From Malacoraja senta (Eukaryota), in the NCBI GenBank assembly GCA_038087875.1, contig CM075986.1, positions 15,996,001 to 16,060,000 on the forward strand: a stretch of 64,000 nucleotides of DNA. Direction: 5' to 3'. Within the stretch, counting starts at the first letter, position 1. Each line of letters starts with the position of its first letter. Below the pieces are notes generated by a model. That model was not told the DNA's origin. It was given only the letters and a program-made list of their open reading frames with translations, and made no database searches. The position numbers and the translations under genes are program-made. Of this stretch, positions 23,150 to 37,320 are shown piece after piece.

Positions 23150-24750
23150 ATGTCTTTGGGGTTTGGTCGTTGAATGCTTTTTTTGTTAGTTGGTCAAAGT
23201 TTGTGCTGGTGTACCAGAGGTACAGTGAAATACCTTATCAAAATCACCAAGCAGTTTGGCAATGGCTTAGACCTCTGCCTCTGAACATGAGTGTCTGTAA
23301 GCATTGTTTGTCTTCTGTAGCCCAGTAACTGAATTGAAGTGACCTTGGTAGTTCATTCCTGTGGGAGTTTGGCTGTCAGGAACAATATTGCATAAAGAAC
23401 GATTATAAAAATGGTTGGAGTAATTGGGAATTACTTGATTAGACTGCACTGAGCTTGGGCCTGTGGTGGATCTGTTGGTTAAAATCATATCCTACATGTC
23501 ATTGAGTGGCAGACATGGAATGGAGATGAATTTCTGCAGGCAATTTGAGAATAATGTTCTCCAGTCATCCTCAATTGATAGTCAAAAGGCTTTTGGAGGG
23601 TTGAAAAAGACCACGTGTAGTGCCCTACATATTTTTCTTGGAAATGTTGCGCTGCGAAGATCACATTTGTTGCACCATGTCCATGAAGGATGATACCCAC
23701 TGTGATTCAGGGAGCATCTATTTGACCACTGATACAAGGAGCTTAGTGCCTTGGAATTACTTTGGGGAGTTTGGGAACAAATTACCATTTAGTTCCGATC
23801 TCCATCCAAACATTGATGCCCAGTGAAAAAGCACTTTCATTCAGACAGGGTAATATGATGAGGAATCCGCGTGATTAAATCAATGGTGGACACCTCGGGG
23901 TATGTCTGGCTCCATGCTCTTGATGTAACAGTGTTGAAAGCTGGTGGTGTTGCAGATGGTCATGTGTACTTGTTTTTCCATATGTTTTCACAACACAAAG
24001 GAACTTTTTCAAAGATGTGAACTCTCTAGCTGGCTCCTGCGTTGCAGATATATTAGAATTGTATCAGACTGCGGGTAAAAGATACTTTTCCAATGCAATC
24101 AAATCTTCAATTTTGCCTGATGTTTGGCACTCCTGATGTTTGGATCGGCTTAATCTACTTTCCAATTTTCCAGTCCTACTTTAATTGCAGCTGTTTTTTT
24201 AAAGTGTTGCTTTTGCTGCCACATTTGAAGTATTACCTTTGTTTCTGCTTCCTCTACAATTGGTGTTTGTAGATGTTCCAGTATTCACTGCAGAACCCAT
24301 ATTCTCTTGTCTAGACTGTCGTAACTGCAGTTTGGTACAAATGGGGTCAGCATAATGAAAAGTCCATCTGGTAACCTGTGTCAGTCGACTTATCATTCTG
24401 TTCATGTGCCTTTTAAAGTCCAGATGGTCCCTACCTTTCCGATTGATCAGTCCCTCGCTTGCCCCACCTCACCCAAAAAACATGTGGATTGTGGAGTGCA
24501 GGATGGGCTTGGGGTAGATAGACCACCATAATGACCATATAAATTAACTCTGAATTTACCTGTTCATTATGAATGATGTAAGAATGGGGACGTTGATTAA
24601 TTTTTGTTAACTTTTGGTTGCCTTGGCTGATTTGTTCTGGTGATGCAGCAGTAAATTCTTTTGGAGGTGGTCCTTTCAAATTTTTGCTGCAATTCTGTAT
24701 TTTCTGTTCTGTGTTTTGCTTCATTCACCAATTGATTCGTTATCACTTTT
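23150..24750 (-). mobile_element. Possible highly degenerate LINE (RTE-like endonuclease) remnant
   Basis: Minus-strand MTICNTTSFQH...HH resembles APE-domain NTFFQH...HxID motifs. Many stops; boundaries uncertain. Confidence 0.3.
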
Positions 24751-26746
24751 CATGCACTGAAACACTGAGGAATGAAACAATAAAGCAAATGACATTCTAG
24801 CGAAGACATTAAAATAGAAACGGCTCTATGGAATCTAGTTTAGTCTGTACTTAATCCTGGGGTGTCTGGTTTGCATAGTAGCCTCCATTGAAGAAAGCTG
24901 GCACTAAAAGCAGCTCCAATTTTCAATGCTTCGATGTGAGATTCTTCCAAGCGTATGAGTGGTGCATATTGTTCAACCCTAGTTCTCTCAAAGCCACATG
25001 TGACACTGGCATGGGAGCAAAATTCCAATTCCAGAGATGTGGGGAAAAAATCCAAACTAACAATTCAATGGTGATGGCGGTGTGGTGACTTTGTGATTAA
25101 CTTACTGCACTAGTGATGTAGAGGTCAGAATAAAAAATTGAGAAACAAGTTCAAATACAATTGTAACAGCTGGGAAATTTAAGTCTGGTTAATAATTTGG
25201 AATAAAAATATTAGCATCAAAAATGAAGACAATGAAAGCGTTACCAATTTCACTATTATTGTAATGGCAAATTTCCGACTTTCCAGTGGCCTCTTTTCAA
25301 GTTGCCATTACTACACTGGTAAGTAGGTGTGATCTTACGCAGACCCAATAGAACAGATCTTCCAGTCGTTATTTCCAGTTTAGTTTGTTGTTTATTGAAG
25401 TAGTTGTACAAACAAAGAGATGAATGTACCAGGTTTTCCTTATTCTGCATGCAAGATGTAGCTGGCTGTTCTGTCCCCGGTTTGGTGAGAACTATATGCT
25501 CTCCCTCCCTGTGCCTGCCACTTCCTGTCCCCTTTGCCCTTATATATACACGCCACTGTGCATCTAATGACTGCCCCAAGTGTCCAAAATAATACGGCAA
25601 GATATATGTAGACAAAATAATATAATATGCCAGCAGTAGGTAGCCTAAACATAAATGGCTCCTACAATTATTCTTAAGGGAAAACTCTGTCAAATCTATC
25701 CCGTCTGGCCTACATTCGAGTACAAAACCAAGGAATATAGTTGATTATTTTCTGACCACCTGAAGTGGCTGGGAAAGCCAAACAGTTCGGTAGCAATTAG
25801 TGATGGAAAATAAATAATGGCGTTGTCCAAATACCCTATTTTCTGTGATTGCATTACATATTGAGGAAATAATGCATTGTTACAGATGCTGCTCTTTAGA
25901 TAGACTGGGATGGGAATAATATTGTGACTTTCATTGCACAAGATAAGGAGGAAAGAGTGTTGCTATTAATTTATAGAGTTTGCGTGAGACCACAACCAGA
26001 ATGCCTAAAGTAGTTAATGTCTACAGCTCCGATTCACTGGATTGAGTCTTGGGGTGTGTGTTTATCTCTAAGCAGCGATGAATAAGATCTATGTTTATAG
26101 AAATTCTGAAGAATCAGACATATTTCCAATGAAACATAAAATTGTTGAGAGAAATTAATGGTTGGTGACTGGGTGCATGTTCTCCAGATAAGGAGTCAAG
26201 GCATGAAATTATTTATTCTTGAAGACATTGGGTACATATTTGTTGAATACATTCAAGACTGAGATTGATACATGTTTGCCTACTAAGGGAATTGAGAGTT
26301 ATGGAAATCAGAAGGAAAGTGTGAAAATTGATTGTAGTGAAGAGGAAAATAGCCACTTAAATTATCTCGTCATCAGAATTGGGCTTTGTAATGACCATGG
26401 GATTAAAAAACTAAAGCTATATATTAGAGGGAAAAAAAATCTCGATTTTCAAAAAAGGGATTCTATAGGAATCTAATTAATGTTTCTAAGATTGTAAAGA
26501 GAATTAATGGGAAAAAAATTGCCCAAGAATTCATTAACAAATTCTCAGGGGTTTAAATGCAAAGACTGTTCCAAGCGTAATATTCTTTGGTGCGAAAAGT
26601 TGTTGATTTTTTTTTACATAAGAGATAAGTGTTACTTAGCAGAGTAAATGGATTGAGCAACTCAATAAAATAGAATTCTGATCTAAGTTTAAGAGTACCA
26701 ACTATATCCTGTTCTTCAGATTACTAATTGCTTATTTTCTCCACAG

Positions 26747-26865
26747 GTACTTCCAGCATTGACACCACTTGTACAATCTGGGGTTTGGAGACTGGTCAGG
26801 TGCTTGGCCGAGTTAATCTAGTCTCTGGTCATGTGAAAACGCAGCTCATTGCTCATGATAAGGAG
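26747..26865 (+). CDS. DCAF7: DCAF7 coding exon 3
   Basis: ctccacag| GTSSIDTTCTIWGLETGQVLGRVNLVSGHVKTQLIAHDKE |gtaatg. 119 nt. Confidence 0.97.
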
Positions 26866-29011
26866 GTAATGAGGTTTCAATGTTTTTCCAATGCTCAATT
26901 CATTGCAGATACAAGATTGCTCAGTCAGTCACACAGTGAAGGCAGCATACACAGTAAAGAACTTGGGGCCTGATTTGATTCAATTTTCTTGCTAAATTTT
27001 CTGACTGTGTTAAGTATGTTTCAATTTTCATGCATTTTTACCCTGTGTGGGAGGGCTGAGAGTAATGTTCTTAAAACAAATGGGGACGTTAGTAGGCAGC
27101 AACAGTCATTAAATATTGCCAGTGGCGTTGCTTTGAATCTGAGTGCTGCAATATTGGTATTAAGTTGCTCTTAACAATCGCTGTTCTATCAATGAATACA
27201 ATTATTACAGTGGTCATTGCAGTTTCAGTTGTAGTAACGCATGATAGTTTGCTATTCTACAATTAAAGTTCTCTACAAATTCTAATCTTCATGGTACATA
27301 CAGCATGTTGGTAGTAATATTACAAATGTGCACTATAAAACTACAGTTTTTAACTGGTGTATTGTGAAAATGTAAAGGATTTAAACAATCAAATGTTGCT
27401 CTGTTCCAACTTTGAACATAAACCATTAGCTGATTGGTATATTGCTGTATGCCTATGCGGCTGTTTCCCAGTATATAGGCTCCGAACCCCAAAGGAGGTC
27501 ATGTAACCCATCAGAGACCTGTTTCACTGTTCAAAGTATTGCGGTTGATCTGAACTTTGGCCTCTGTCATTTTCATAATTGAGTTTCTCCATAACCTAGT
27601 GGTCCTGCAATCTTCTTTTGAAAATAACTGGTTATGATTGAGCAATCAGATGTTTTGTAATAATTTTGGATGGCTGAATTGAACATGAAATCCCATTATT
27701 TGTGTAGGTGAGGAAAAGTTAATGAGGAATAACAGAGAACTGCAGTTCAGGGGAGGAGAAGGTTTTTCTATTCCTTGAATGTGAGCCATTTAAATTTAGT
27801 TGTTTTTGAACTTGCATTTTAAATGCTTCTGATAGCTTAAGGAGCTGACATGCATGAAGAAAGGAAGATTTGAAATAAGTACATGAGAGGTGGAAAGTAA
27901 AGTGAATGTTGATTGTCAAACACAAGTGAGCTAACTTTTGTCCCCTTGCGGGTTTGTGAAGATTGTACCTGTATAGTCTATTGGTGCTGGCCAATAGGAT
28001 ATTTTCCTATTGTGCACTATAGCTACATCTAGCATTTCTAGCTGGAAAGTAAAGGTCCTTTTGCTCTGCCTGAAACAATGCCTGTCAACAATGTGAATTG
28101 TTATGATTGGATAACTATTTACAGCTGCTTTTACACACCAGGTGCATCTTTTCTCCTGGGAAGGATTGCAGATTAATCCTTAATTCAAGACTACTTTGAT
28201 GGAACCCGTTTCAAACTTGCTGACATCGGGTCTTTCTGTTTGTTAGGCATTTAGATCCAATTTCAAGATGGGAATAAGCAAGACCTTATTCATGCATTGC
28301 AGAGAGATCACTTTTCATTCTCATGGGAAGGAGGTGCATTCAACATGGAAGCCTCCTTTACACGTGTAAAATGTGAATGGAGATTAATTGCGTGACCTGG
28401 CCAGCATGTTTAAAAACATTGATTCAGAAATGTCCTACATTGGCTTTACATTGCAAAGGGACTTTTGAAATGCAAGATAAAAGCTTTATTGAAAAAAATA
28501 TGAATGAAAGCTGTCAAATTAGGAAGCTAGGATTTTGTATTCCCAGCCAGAACCTCCACTTGTACTCCAATCACACCTTCAACATTTCCAGATGCCGTAG
28601 TCCACCTTGTCAAGTGTTGCCCTGTGTATATCCATTGGTTTCACACAATTATTTCCATTGGGATTTGCTTGATAACAATTATAAGTACATCCTCTTCCTT
28701 TCCCACCCTTAATAAGTGATCTTTACGCTAATTAGCAGCTTGATGCGTAGAACATATAGTGCTGGAGTAACTCGGCAGGTCAGACGGCATGCCACTTCCT
28801 GACCTGTTGAGTTGCTGCAGCACTTTGTGTCCTACGCAAGATTCCAGCACCTGAATGCAGTTCAGAGAGATCTTGGGACTTGGGACCTTTCTTGATGAAT
28901 TTTTTTTAATTTTTAAATCGTCTTAATCTGCAAAGATTCATTGCCTCTTCCACTTTGGAAACCACTTATTAGTATAAACATTACTTGCATCTTATTTTCT
29001 CCCACTCGCAG

Positions 29012-29221
29012 GTGTACGATATTGCATTCAGCAGAGCAGGAGGTGGCAGGGACATGTTTGCCTCTGTGGGTGCAGATGGTTCAGTGCGTATGTTTGACCT
29101 TAGACACCTGGAACACAGCACCATCATCTATGAAGATCCGCAGCACCATCCATTGCTTCGACTGTGTTGGAACAAGCAAGATCCCAATTATTTGGCCACA
29201 ATGGCAATGGACGGCATGGAG
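29012..29221 (+). CDS. DCAF7: DCAF7 coding exon 4
   Basis: ctcgcag| [41 protein letters not shown]...[10 protein letters not shown] |gtgagc. 210 nt. Confidence 0.97.
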
Positions 29222-29344
29222 GTGAGCATAGAAAATCAACGGTCCAGTAATATGGTGTAATAATATGTATAATATGCCTTGATGGGCAAGAAAATAATTG
29301 CAAGACTGAATTCTACGGACTTGGGCAGTCTCCAAGTCCAAATG

Positions 29345-30200
29345 TCAATGTATCAACAAGTGATGGGTGAGGAGTGAATGTGGAAGCTGCGGGGATGGAA
29401 TGTGACGACTAGGGAATTCTATCCTTGGTCTGTCCCGGGGAGAGGAGTTGACAGCAAAGGCATGAGAAATGGATGAGATAGTCAAGGAATTTACTAACAA
29501 TGGCAGAGCGGAAGCCACAATTCAGAAAGAATGCCAACATAACGCAGTTATTCCAGGTATGGCAGTGATTCACTTGCAGTTTCATTCTGGTATACTACAT
29601 TCAATGTTCACAATGTAGCTTCCTCTACGTTGCAGAAACCAAATGCAGATTGGGTGATCTTTGTTCATTCTGATTCCTGTCGCCTGTCATTTTAATTCCC
29701 ACTCCCACTCAGACATATAGTCTGTAACCTGCATTGTCATAGTGACGCCCAGCACAAGCTTGAAGAACCCTGACTCATTTCAGCCCATAGCCTTCTGGAA
29801 TTGACATTGCATTTTTCAGTAACTTGGTAATTTGCCAATTTCAGATAAGTTTTTTTTTTCCACTCAGTATCAGTCATCCATCTGTAATATTAGCTCAGCC
29901 TATTCTTTCCTTTTCTACCTGGGATGAAAGACAATGCCAGCCAGGGAATCTGCAGGGTTTGTCCTGTGCAGTATTTTGCATCTCTCATATTATTTTGTCT
30001 CTAATTGCTCCCATTCACTTGTTGACCCAATCACCTTGTTTAAGGTGGTCACCTTGTTTTATGTTATCAGAGACATCCCCCACTCTCCCTGCAGATTGAT
30101 TAGCTTTTCTTTTCTCTGAGTTCTGATGAAGGGTTTCTGTCCTGCAGCAGTGACTCTCCTCTTCTCACAGATGCAGCCTGATTGGCTTGAGTTTTTCAGG
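29345..30200 (+). mobile_element. Penelope-like retroelement relic with an inverted 5' part, GIY-YIG remnant and decayed hammerhead-like motif
   Basis: 29345-29540 on the minus strand resembles MLAFFLNCGF...KDRIPLVVTFHP. 29550-29825 on the plus strand resembles YYIQCSQCSFLYVAETKCRLGDLF...HFNS...KLEE. CTGATGAAGGGT lies at 30123. Confidence 0.7.
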
Positions 30201-30768
30201 TTTAGTGACTGGTTGAATGGATGCAATAACCACTTGCACCTGGTGGCTTGGCATGTGAGTGATCTAAGAGGAGATAGCCTGCAGTCGCTGAATAATGCCC
30301 CATCATGACTTATGGTGCACAGTAACACATTAACATGGCACAATATTGGAGTTGCAGATTGTATGCAGGGTAAGATTGTTTCATGTGGAAGTTGGCAACT
30401 TGGAAGAGTAGAAGGTCAAGCTGATAAACTGTGATAAAGTTTATTTTACTGTATTTACATAAACATTCCATTCTATACTGAAGTTTATAATCAATCTTGC
30501 TTTTTAATGGTTCCATCAATATCGGTAACTGGTTGCTTTACAAAAATGCATTTGGTTATATAATATTTTTCAGTCTTTGAGTGAGAGGGTGTGGTCATTG
30601 CAGATTCTGTCAAACCTATTCCATTAAATCTATTTCCTAATTTGGATCCTATTCACCTTGCACTTAAATTGCTTCAGAGGCATTAATTGTCAGGTAAAAT
30701 ACTACTTCACTCTTGTAAAATTTTCTTTTGAATCTGTTAAACCAAAAGCATTTACCCATCGGTTGCAG

Positions 30769-30886
30769 GTGGTGATTCTTGATGTCCGTGTGCCCTGCAC
30801 TCCTGTGGCCCGGCTAAACAATCACCGGGCATGTGTGAATGGCATTGCCTGGGCTCCACATTCATCCTGTCACATCTGCACTGCAG
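30769..30886 (+). CDS. DCAF7: DCAF7 coding exon 5
   Basis: ggttgcag| [39 protein letters not shown](A) |gtaagg. 118 nt. Confidence 0.97.
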
Positions 30887-32364
30887 GTAAGGATTTCCTT
30901 TGTTTGTTTATGACTGAACATCATCTAAAGACTTTCCTTAAACGTGAAAATAAATAATTCTTATCTTAGTTATTAACATTCTTTTCTTTCACACTAACTG
31001 TTTAAATGTAAAGTTAATTTCAATCTAACATATTTCATTGTGGACATTTGTAACTTAAAACCAATGATTATTATCCCTGGAAACATCCTAGTTTGCCCTG
31101 AGACCCGGCCAATGATCTGTAGGCTTATCAATAACTTGTCACTTTTGCAACCTCTCCATAAAATTTTGATTCAGTTTCCTCTTGTTTTCTCAATGTATAC
31201 AAGTTTCTCTGGCTATCCCTTTATAACATTTTATAATTTCCTGTATTTCTACCTCTTTTTCCTAACATTTTATATTGGGCAAATATATTATCCTGATGCA
31301 GGGTCTCGCCTGAAACACATGCTGCCTCCCCAGCTGCTGACCAACCTGCTTGAGTTCCTTCAGCAGTTTGTGTTTTGCTCCAGATCTCAGCATCTACAGT
31401 CTGTTGTGTCCATACTAACCTGTCTGCCTTTAGTTAATTGACCTATTATTCCTGTACCATCTACACCGGTTGACGTTGCACTCTGCACCTACCCAAGAAT
31501 ATTAATTGAGGATCAGTGTTCTCTGGGGGATCTCACAGCTCACATCTGTGAACTGCCTCCTGTAGTTTTGTTTTTTCAACTGACTTTCTATATATTTTGC
31601 CCAACTTGCTTTGTTTTAATTTTATTGATTACCCTTGGCCCTAAGTTTATCATAACCATTTCTAAATATTGTAATTTTATAATTCTGTATTCATCTGAGG
31701 AGCTTTTTCTCCCTTACGAAAAGGCATCCAGTCATAGTTCTGAATTATCTATGGTTTGAAGTCTTCCTTTCAAGTCTTATAAGATTTGACATGGCAACAT
31801 CTTTGGATTAGTTCCATATTTAACGGTGGAATTGGCTACTGAACCTAAATACTGTGTTTCTGTGTAAACGTGTAGCTATCCTTTATTCAACAGGTATGGT
31901 TATTTCTAGCCCTTCATTCTGGGCAGAATTTGAATCTGTGGAATTTGTAGAATGAGGTAGGACTGGCCATGAACCCTTGCCACTGACGGGAGGATTCCCG
32001 TTTTGCCACCTCTAAGCTGCAGCTCACTGCCTGACCTTCAACACATGATCCCTCTGTAGGTTTTACCCAGTGCCTGCCTGGCTCCTGTTTGTTCCTGTGT
32101 CATTATAAATAGAGGAGGAAAAGGTTAGGCTATCATAGGATTTGAACTCATTCCACATTTTCTATTTTAGGTACATTATTCCCATTGAATTCTTATGTTA
32201 AACACTGAAGGTTTTGCACCACCAACTGGTACTGAGCCAGGCAGAGTGCATAGTCCTGAAAGGTATTCGTGAGCATTTCAATGGGTGGAATGTCTTGCTG
32301 TCAGCATTGTTAACTTTAAAGATGAATGCAATTATTTTAACTAAATCCATAATTGTGTTTCAAG

Positions 32365-32537
32365 CTGATGACCACCAGGCACTTATTTGGGACATCCAGC
32401 AGATGCCACGTGCCATTGAAGACCCCATCTTGGCATACACAGCGGAAGGAGAAATCAACAATGTCCAGTGGGCATCCACCCAGCCTGACTGGATAGCCAT
32501 TTGCTACAATAACTGTCTTGAGATCTTGCGGGTTTAG
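32365..32537 (+). CDS. DCAF7: DCAF7 coding exon 6 (last)
   Basis: tgtgtttcaag| (A)[59 protein letters not shown] acceptor. Spliced CDS totals 1029 nt (342 aa). Confidence 0.96.
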
Positions 32538-35500
32538 TTCTGATGACTGACACAAGCCGGGAGAGGGGGGGGCTGTTGGTGTGTGAATGGTATGAATGAG
32601 TTAAAGTTGAGAATGATTGTGCAGATTCTCAGTGTTGTTATTATTATATTCTGAGTGCAATTTGCCCTTTCTAGGTCAAAATTAGCCATTTGGGCCCCTG
32701 ATCTATCCCCACCTTTTAAGCAAACACTCAAACCTGTTAGGAGAGGGACACTTTTGTTTAATCAGCTAACCTTCTGGTAATGTACATGTACCACGTTAAA
32801 AAACTTTTTAAAAATGTCACTGTAAATAACACAACCATATTTTTATGATTGGAATAGCTCAATCTGGGATAACTAGTTTCAGAATAAATCCTGTTCCCTA
32901 ATCCACTACATCGGGCTGTGTCCGGCAGGGCATTGCATTCCAATATTTCATGCCTGGTTTGTGACAATGGTTCTATTTTGATAAGAAAGATCAGGATCTA
33001 TCTTTTCAGAAATTATTACATTTGTTTATAACTATAATATTGGGTCATGGTGAAGTTTACAGATTGGAGTGAATTTCCTCTGGAGTATCTGGATGAAGAT
33101 TTTGCTGAATGAGGCAGTAAACAATCATCTGGTTTTGAGAACATGCTTTGTTTGGTCCTGTCTTGGGCACAGCCTGCAGGACACCATTCTTCTTTCAGTA
33201 AGTTTGTCTTTCTCCAAGTTGGGGCTCCAATGATAGCATTGGCTTTTGCAATGCAAACAAGGTATTGTCCTGTCCTTTGAAGTGGGCGACACTACATTTT
33301 GAAAGTGTGGTTCAGCAAAGTTGCCGCATTGCAATGACTGACACTCGCACCACTTGTCATTGGGATTATCATTTTAACTCTGTTGCAGACAAGCAAATGT
33401 TTTCAACCCATTTAATCAAATATGGAATTAGTTTTCCTATTCAGTGGCCCATTCAGCAAGCTCCCCACCAATTCTCCAGCAACGAATATTAAACCATGAA
33501 TGGACTTTGAGAGACATCCTGTGTTTGCATTTTTGGAATCTGTTATGAATGTTGACTTTGCCTTCTAATCTAAACGGGCTGAGTTTAGAGTAGGTGATTT
33601 CAGTCTAGGTATAACTGATAGTTAAGTGAAATTTAATACAGTTAGTGCTGTGCAATTGAGCCTTGCTGAAATGGGGTCTTTGAATGCAAGGACTTTGCAT
33701 TGCCTTTCCCTTCTGCTTGCTCACCTTCAAGACGGCAGTGATTTTACTCAACCGGCTGTGTATTTTGGGGGTGGGAGGGATCTGGTTTGTTTTGAAACAA
33801 ACAAGGGTGTTTTGAAAATCCCTGTTCCTCTTGATGGTGTGCCTTCAATGAGAGGCGATTAATTTAACACAAGTAGATGCCGGAACCTGAACAACCACCC
33901 CCTGAGCTTGCACTACTGCTCAGTAAGTCCATGCAATCTGTCACCACTTCTGGAAGTGGTTTATCATGAGGCAGATGGACTCCCTATGCAACCCTTTCAT
34001 GCTCTGTTTCCCCCTCACCCTGTGAAGCAATGTTTGATAGACAGAATAATATTGATTTTTTAAAAGATGCACTGCGATAAAGTACAATTGAACAGCAATA
34101 AGAAGTCTTTATGGCTACAAGACTTGTGGCTGTGTTGGGGCTATGATTGTACATTTTAGTTCCTGTTTCTGCAATCCAGGCAAGCCATTTTCCTTTGTCG
34201 AAGCTGGTACATATTGGCCTGATATAGTCATTTAGAATGTGACGTATTTGTGAGTTTGATGGGTCTTTCAGCAGTAGTGAATTGTGGATTTTTGTTATAT
34301 ATAGTTTACTATATGCAGTGTCCTGGCCTGTTCTGGGGATGGAACTGCACCAGTGAGAGGGTGTAGAAGTGTGTATATGGGTTGGCTTTTACTCAAGTGC
34401 CAGAATTAACCAGCTTTAGTTGTTAACTAAGTTGAGACTGAAAGGTACCCTACATTCCCAGACTTGCATGCAGTGATTCTTGAGCATTCTTTATTTGGTG
34501 GATACCCAAGACCAGTTCATTTTCTGCGAGTGTATTAGGTTAAATAAAGAATTGGTGAATGTAAGGTTTTCTAAGCAGTGTGTTCTGTTCGTACTGTATT
34601 GGACTGGGTACAATACACTGTGCACGGCATACTTTGGAAATGAAGTTACTTGTTACTGATTTGGGGCATTCTCTATCTAGACCCGAAGCTGGATGTGTTC
34701 AATTGGTGCTTTTTGGTCTTGCTCTAGGAAGTAGTGGAACAGATTTATTTTACCAGAACAGGAGATGGAGCAATGGAGTTCATTACAGTCAGAACATTAG
34801 TACACTGATACCTTGCTTAGGAACAAGAATGCTAACCGAATCAGCACTAACAGGGGTCAATAAAGCATTGTATTTAGAAATGCGTTACTGACACTGGTGC
34901 AGTGCTGAGAGCCTAGTGCTCTTCCTGTGACATTGGGGATATAGTAAATGTTGATGGTCTGACACTCCAAAGTTTAGTGGCTATAGATAAGTTACTTTTT
35001 CACTAGTGGAGTAAATTAAATTGAAAGGCTCTAAGGTATTTTGCTGTTTACTGATGTTTGTTTAATATTTTTCTGCTATGCATTGGTACCATGGATTCCT
35101 GTGACCGATTATTTTTGAAGTTCTTCCATCTGGTTGTTTTCTCAATGCTATTGGGGTTCTTTTCCAGAGCCTCGATATTAATTACAGACATTAGTATATT
35201 GTTGGCATGAGTATTGAAAGATTAAACTCAGGGAAGGGTTAGGTGCTAGTTTAGCAGCTAATATTTTCTAGTTTGTATGTTTAGTTGTGGGGCTAAAATC
35301 TAAGCTAATCTTCAAACACTTAACCTTCCCTGGATTCTGTTGTATTTTATTAACAACCTGTGCACTGCACCTCGCATGAGCTGAGTAAAGCCAATGATTT
35401 GTGCTCTTTGTCAATCCAGGCCTTGTTCAATTTTCAGTTTTTAGTCTCTTGACCACAGAAAAATTGTGCCCGCCCATATACTGTGGCAGATTTTTCTTAA

Positions 35501-37320
35501 AGTCTGCAGGAAGCCAGCTGGATCCTGCTTGGACACAGTCAGGCTTCCAGTTCCGTAGGTGGGATGGATTTGTTGCCATCTAGCGGTGAAAGTGCTAAAG
35601 TGCAAATTCACTTCCGTCCATAGTACTTGAAACAACCGGCACAAAATCTGAAATAAAAGCAACAAATACTGGAAACACTCTGTATACCCAAGTAGACCTG
35701 AAACATTAACTCTGTTCACATACCACAGATGCTGCTTGACCTACTGAATGTTTCCAGCATTTTCTGTATCAATAATATACCAGTTAACATGTATAAACAC
35801 CAGCATGCTTTGGTAGTAAAATATCCAGCTTCTGTGGTGAAGTTGAACTAACTAAAGCCTTGAAACTTCAGCATGTTCAGCAATCTCCCTTCAAACCTTG
35901 GTGAACTATTTATTGAAAATATTTGCTCCCATTTCTTTGACTTTTAGCAGGTCCTTCACTCTCACTTCTGTCTTGAGCAGGGCATATTTTGTAACTCTGA
36001 GTCTGCCAAAAGTAAGGGAAATAATAACGGATGTCTTCTCTGCCTTTTTCTTGACCTTTAATTTCCCATTATTGGCAAAAGATGGCCTTCCAGCCAGGTG
36101 TCTCCTTGAATTTAACATTTTTGTTAAGGCGCAGGAGGCTACTTCAGTCAATCAAGGCTGTGTCGGCTCACAAGCAATCTCATTGCTCCACTGATTTTTC
36201 TCTAACCTATTCTTCTCACTCCCCTTCAAGTCTTCAGCCCACTCCTACCTGCGTTTCATTCTACCACTCACCTACACAACAGAGGCAATTAAAAGTGACC
36301 AGTTAGCCAACCAACCTACATGTTTATGAGATATTGGAAGAAACCAGAGCATTTATGGTGATAGATGCTATCTCCACTTAGATAGCACTGGAGGGTAGGA
36401 TTTAACTCTAGCCGCTAGTGTTATGAGGCAGAATTGTACTAACTGCGCCATCCCTTTGCAGGCTCTTTTACTTTAAGATCATTTTTCACCTGTTGCAAAA
36501 GTTCAAATTACCATCTCCCAACTGATAAGATTTCAAAAATCGCGATGCTGTGGTTGTCTAATTCTTCCTTGCAAATGTGCATCCTACAGTACAAGAGGAC
36601 CATATTAGAATAAATCAATTGATGGGTCTGCTAATGGCTAAAAAAATGACTGCTTTGAATAGTATTTGGCTTTTTGAAATGAGAAGTTTTCCTGCCATTG
36701 CTGATGGAGACTAAGTGCAGTTAGGTGGCATCCCTCATTCATCTTGCGCTGTCTCATTTGGATACACAGCAATTGAAGAGAGTGTCACTGACCGGAATAA
36801 GGAGGGAATCGGTCAGGAAGAAGTACTGATGTTCATTGCAAAAAAAATTGTCTGGAAAGTGGGAATGAATGGAAACGTCAAACAGTTGTGATGACAAGCT
36901 TACACCTTCCAGTTGGGTTCACAGGTACACGGGTGAGATATCAAGTGGCAGAGGGACTTTGAAACAACGATTTGAGCCATGTCTGTACAACTTTGCAGAG
37001 CAATCACAAAAATTTTAATCAAGTTTGTTGTAGGTTAGTGATAGTTGCAAGCAGTAATGCCATAAGCATAGCTTACTCATTGTTTTACCAGTAGGCTCAA
37101 GCTTTTCTAAGGTCTTCCAGACCTGGTCTGTCTGTCGAAGGTGAGTGCTTGTTTTGCCCCAAGCTGCTGCTGCTGCTGTTGTGAGTCGGGCTTGATGAGC
37201 AGTGATTGTTAACCATATGATTTCTCCTACGCTATTCATTTTAGTGTAGCAAGGGTGCTGCTTTAGACATGCAGGGATGTTGTGTAATATTGATGGACAG
37301 GAAATATAAGTTTTAGTTTC

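Noticed and set aside
35898-36194. Opposing ORFs inside the predicted DCAF7 3' UTR
   Set aside because: Short, non-ATG starts, no recognisable homology and no convincing splice context.
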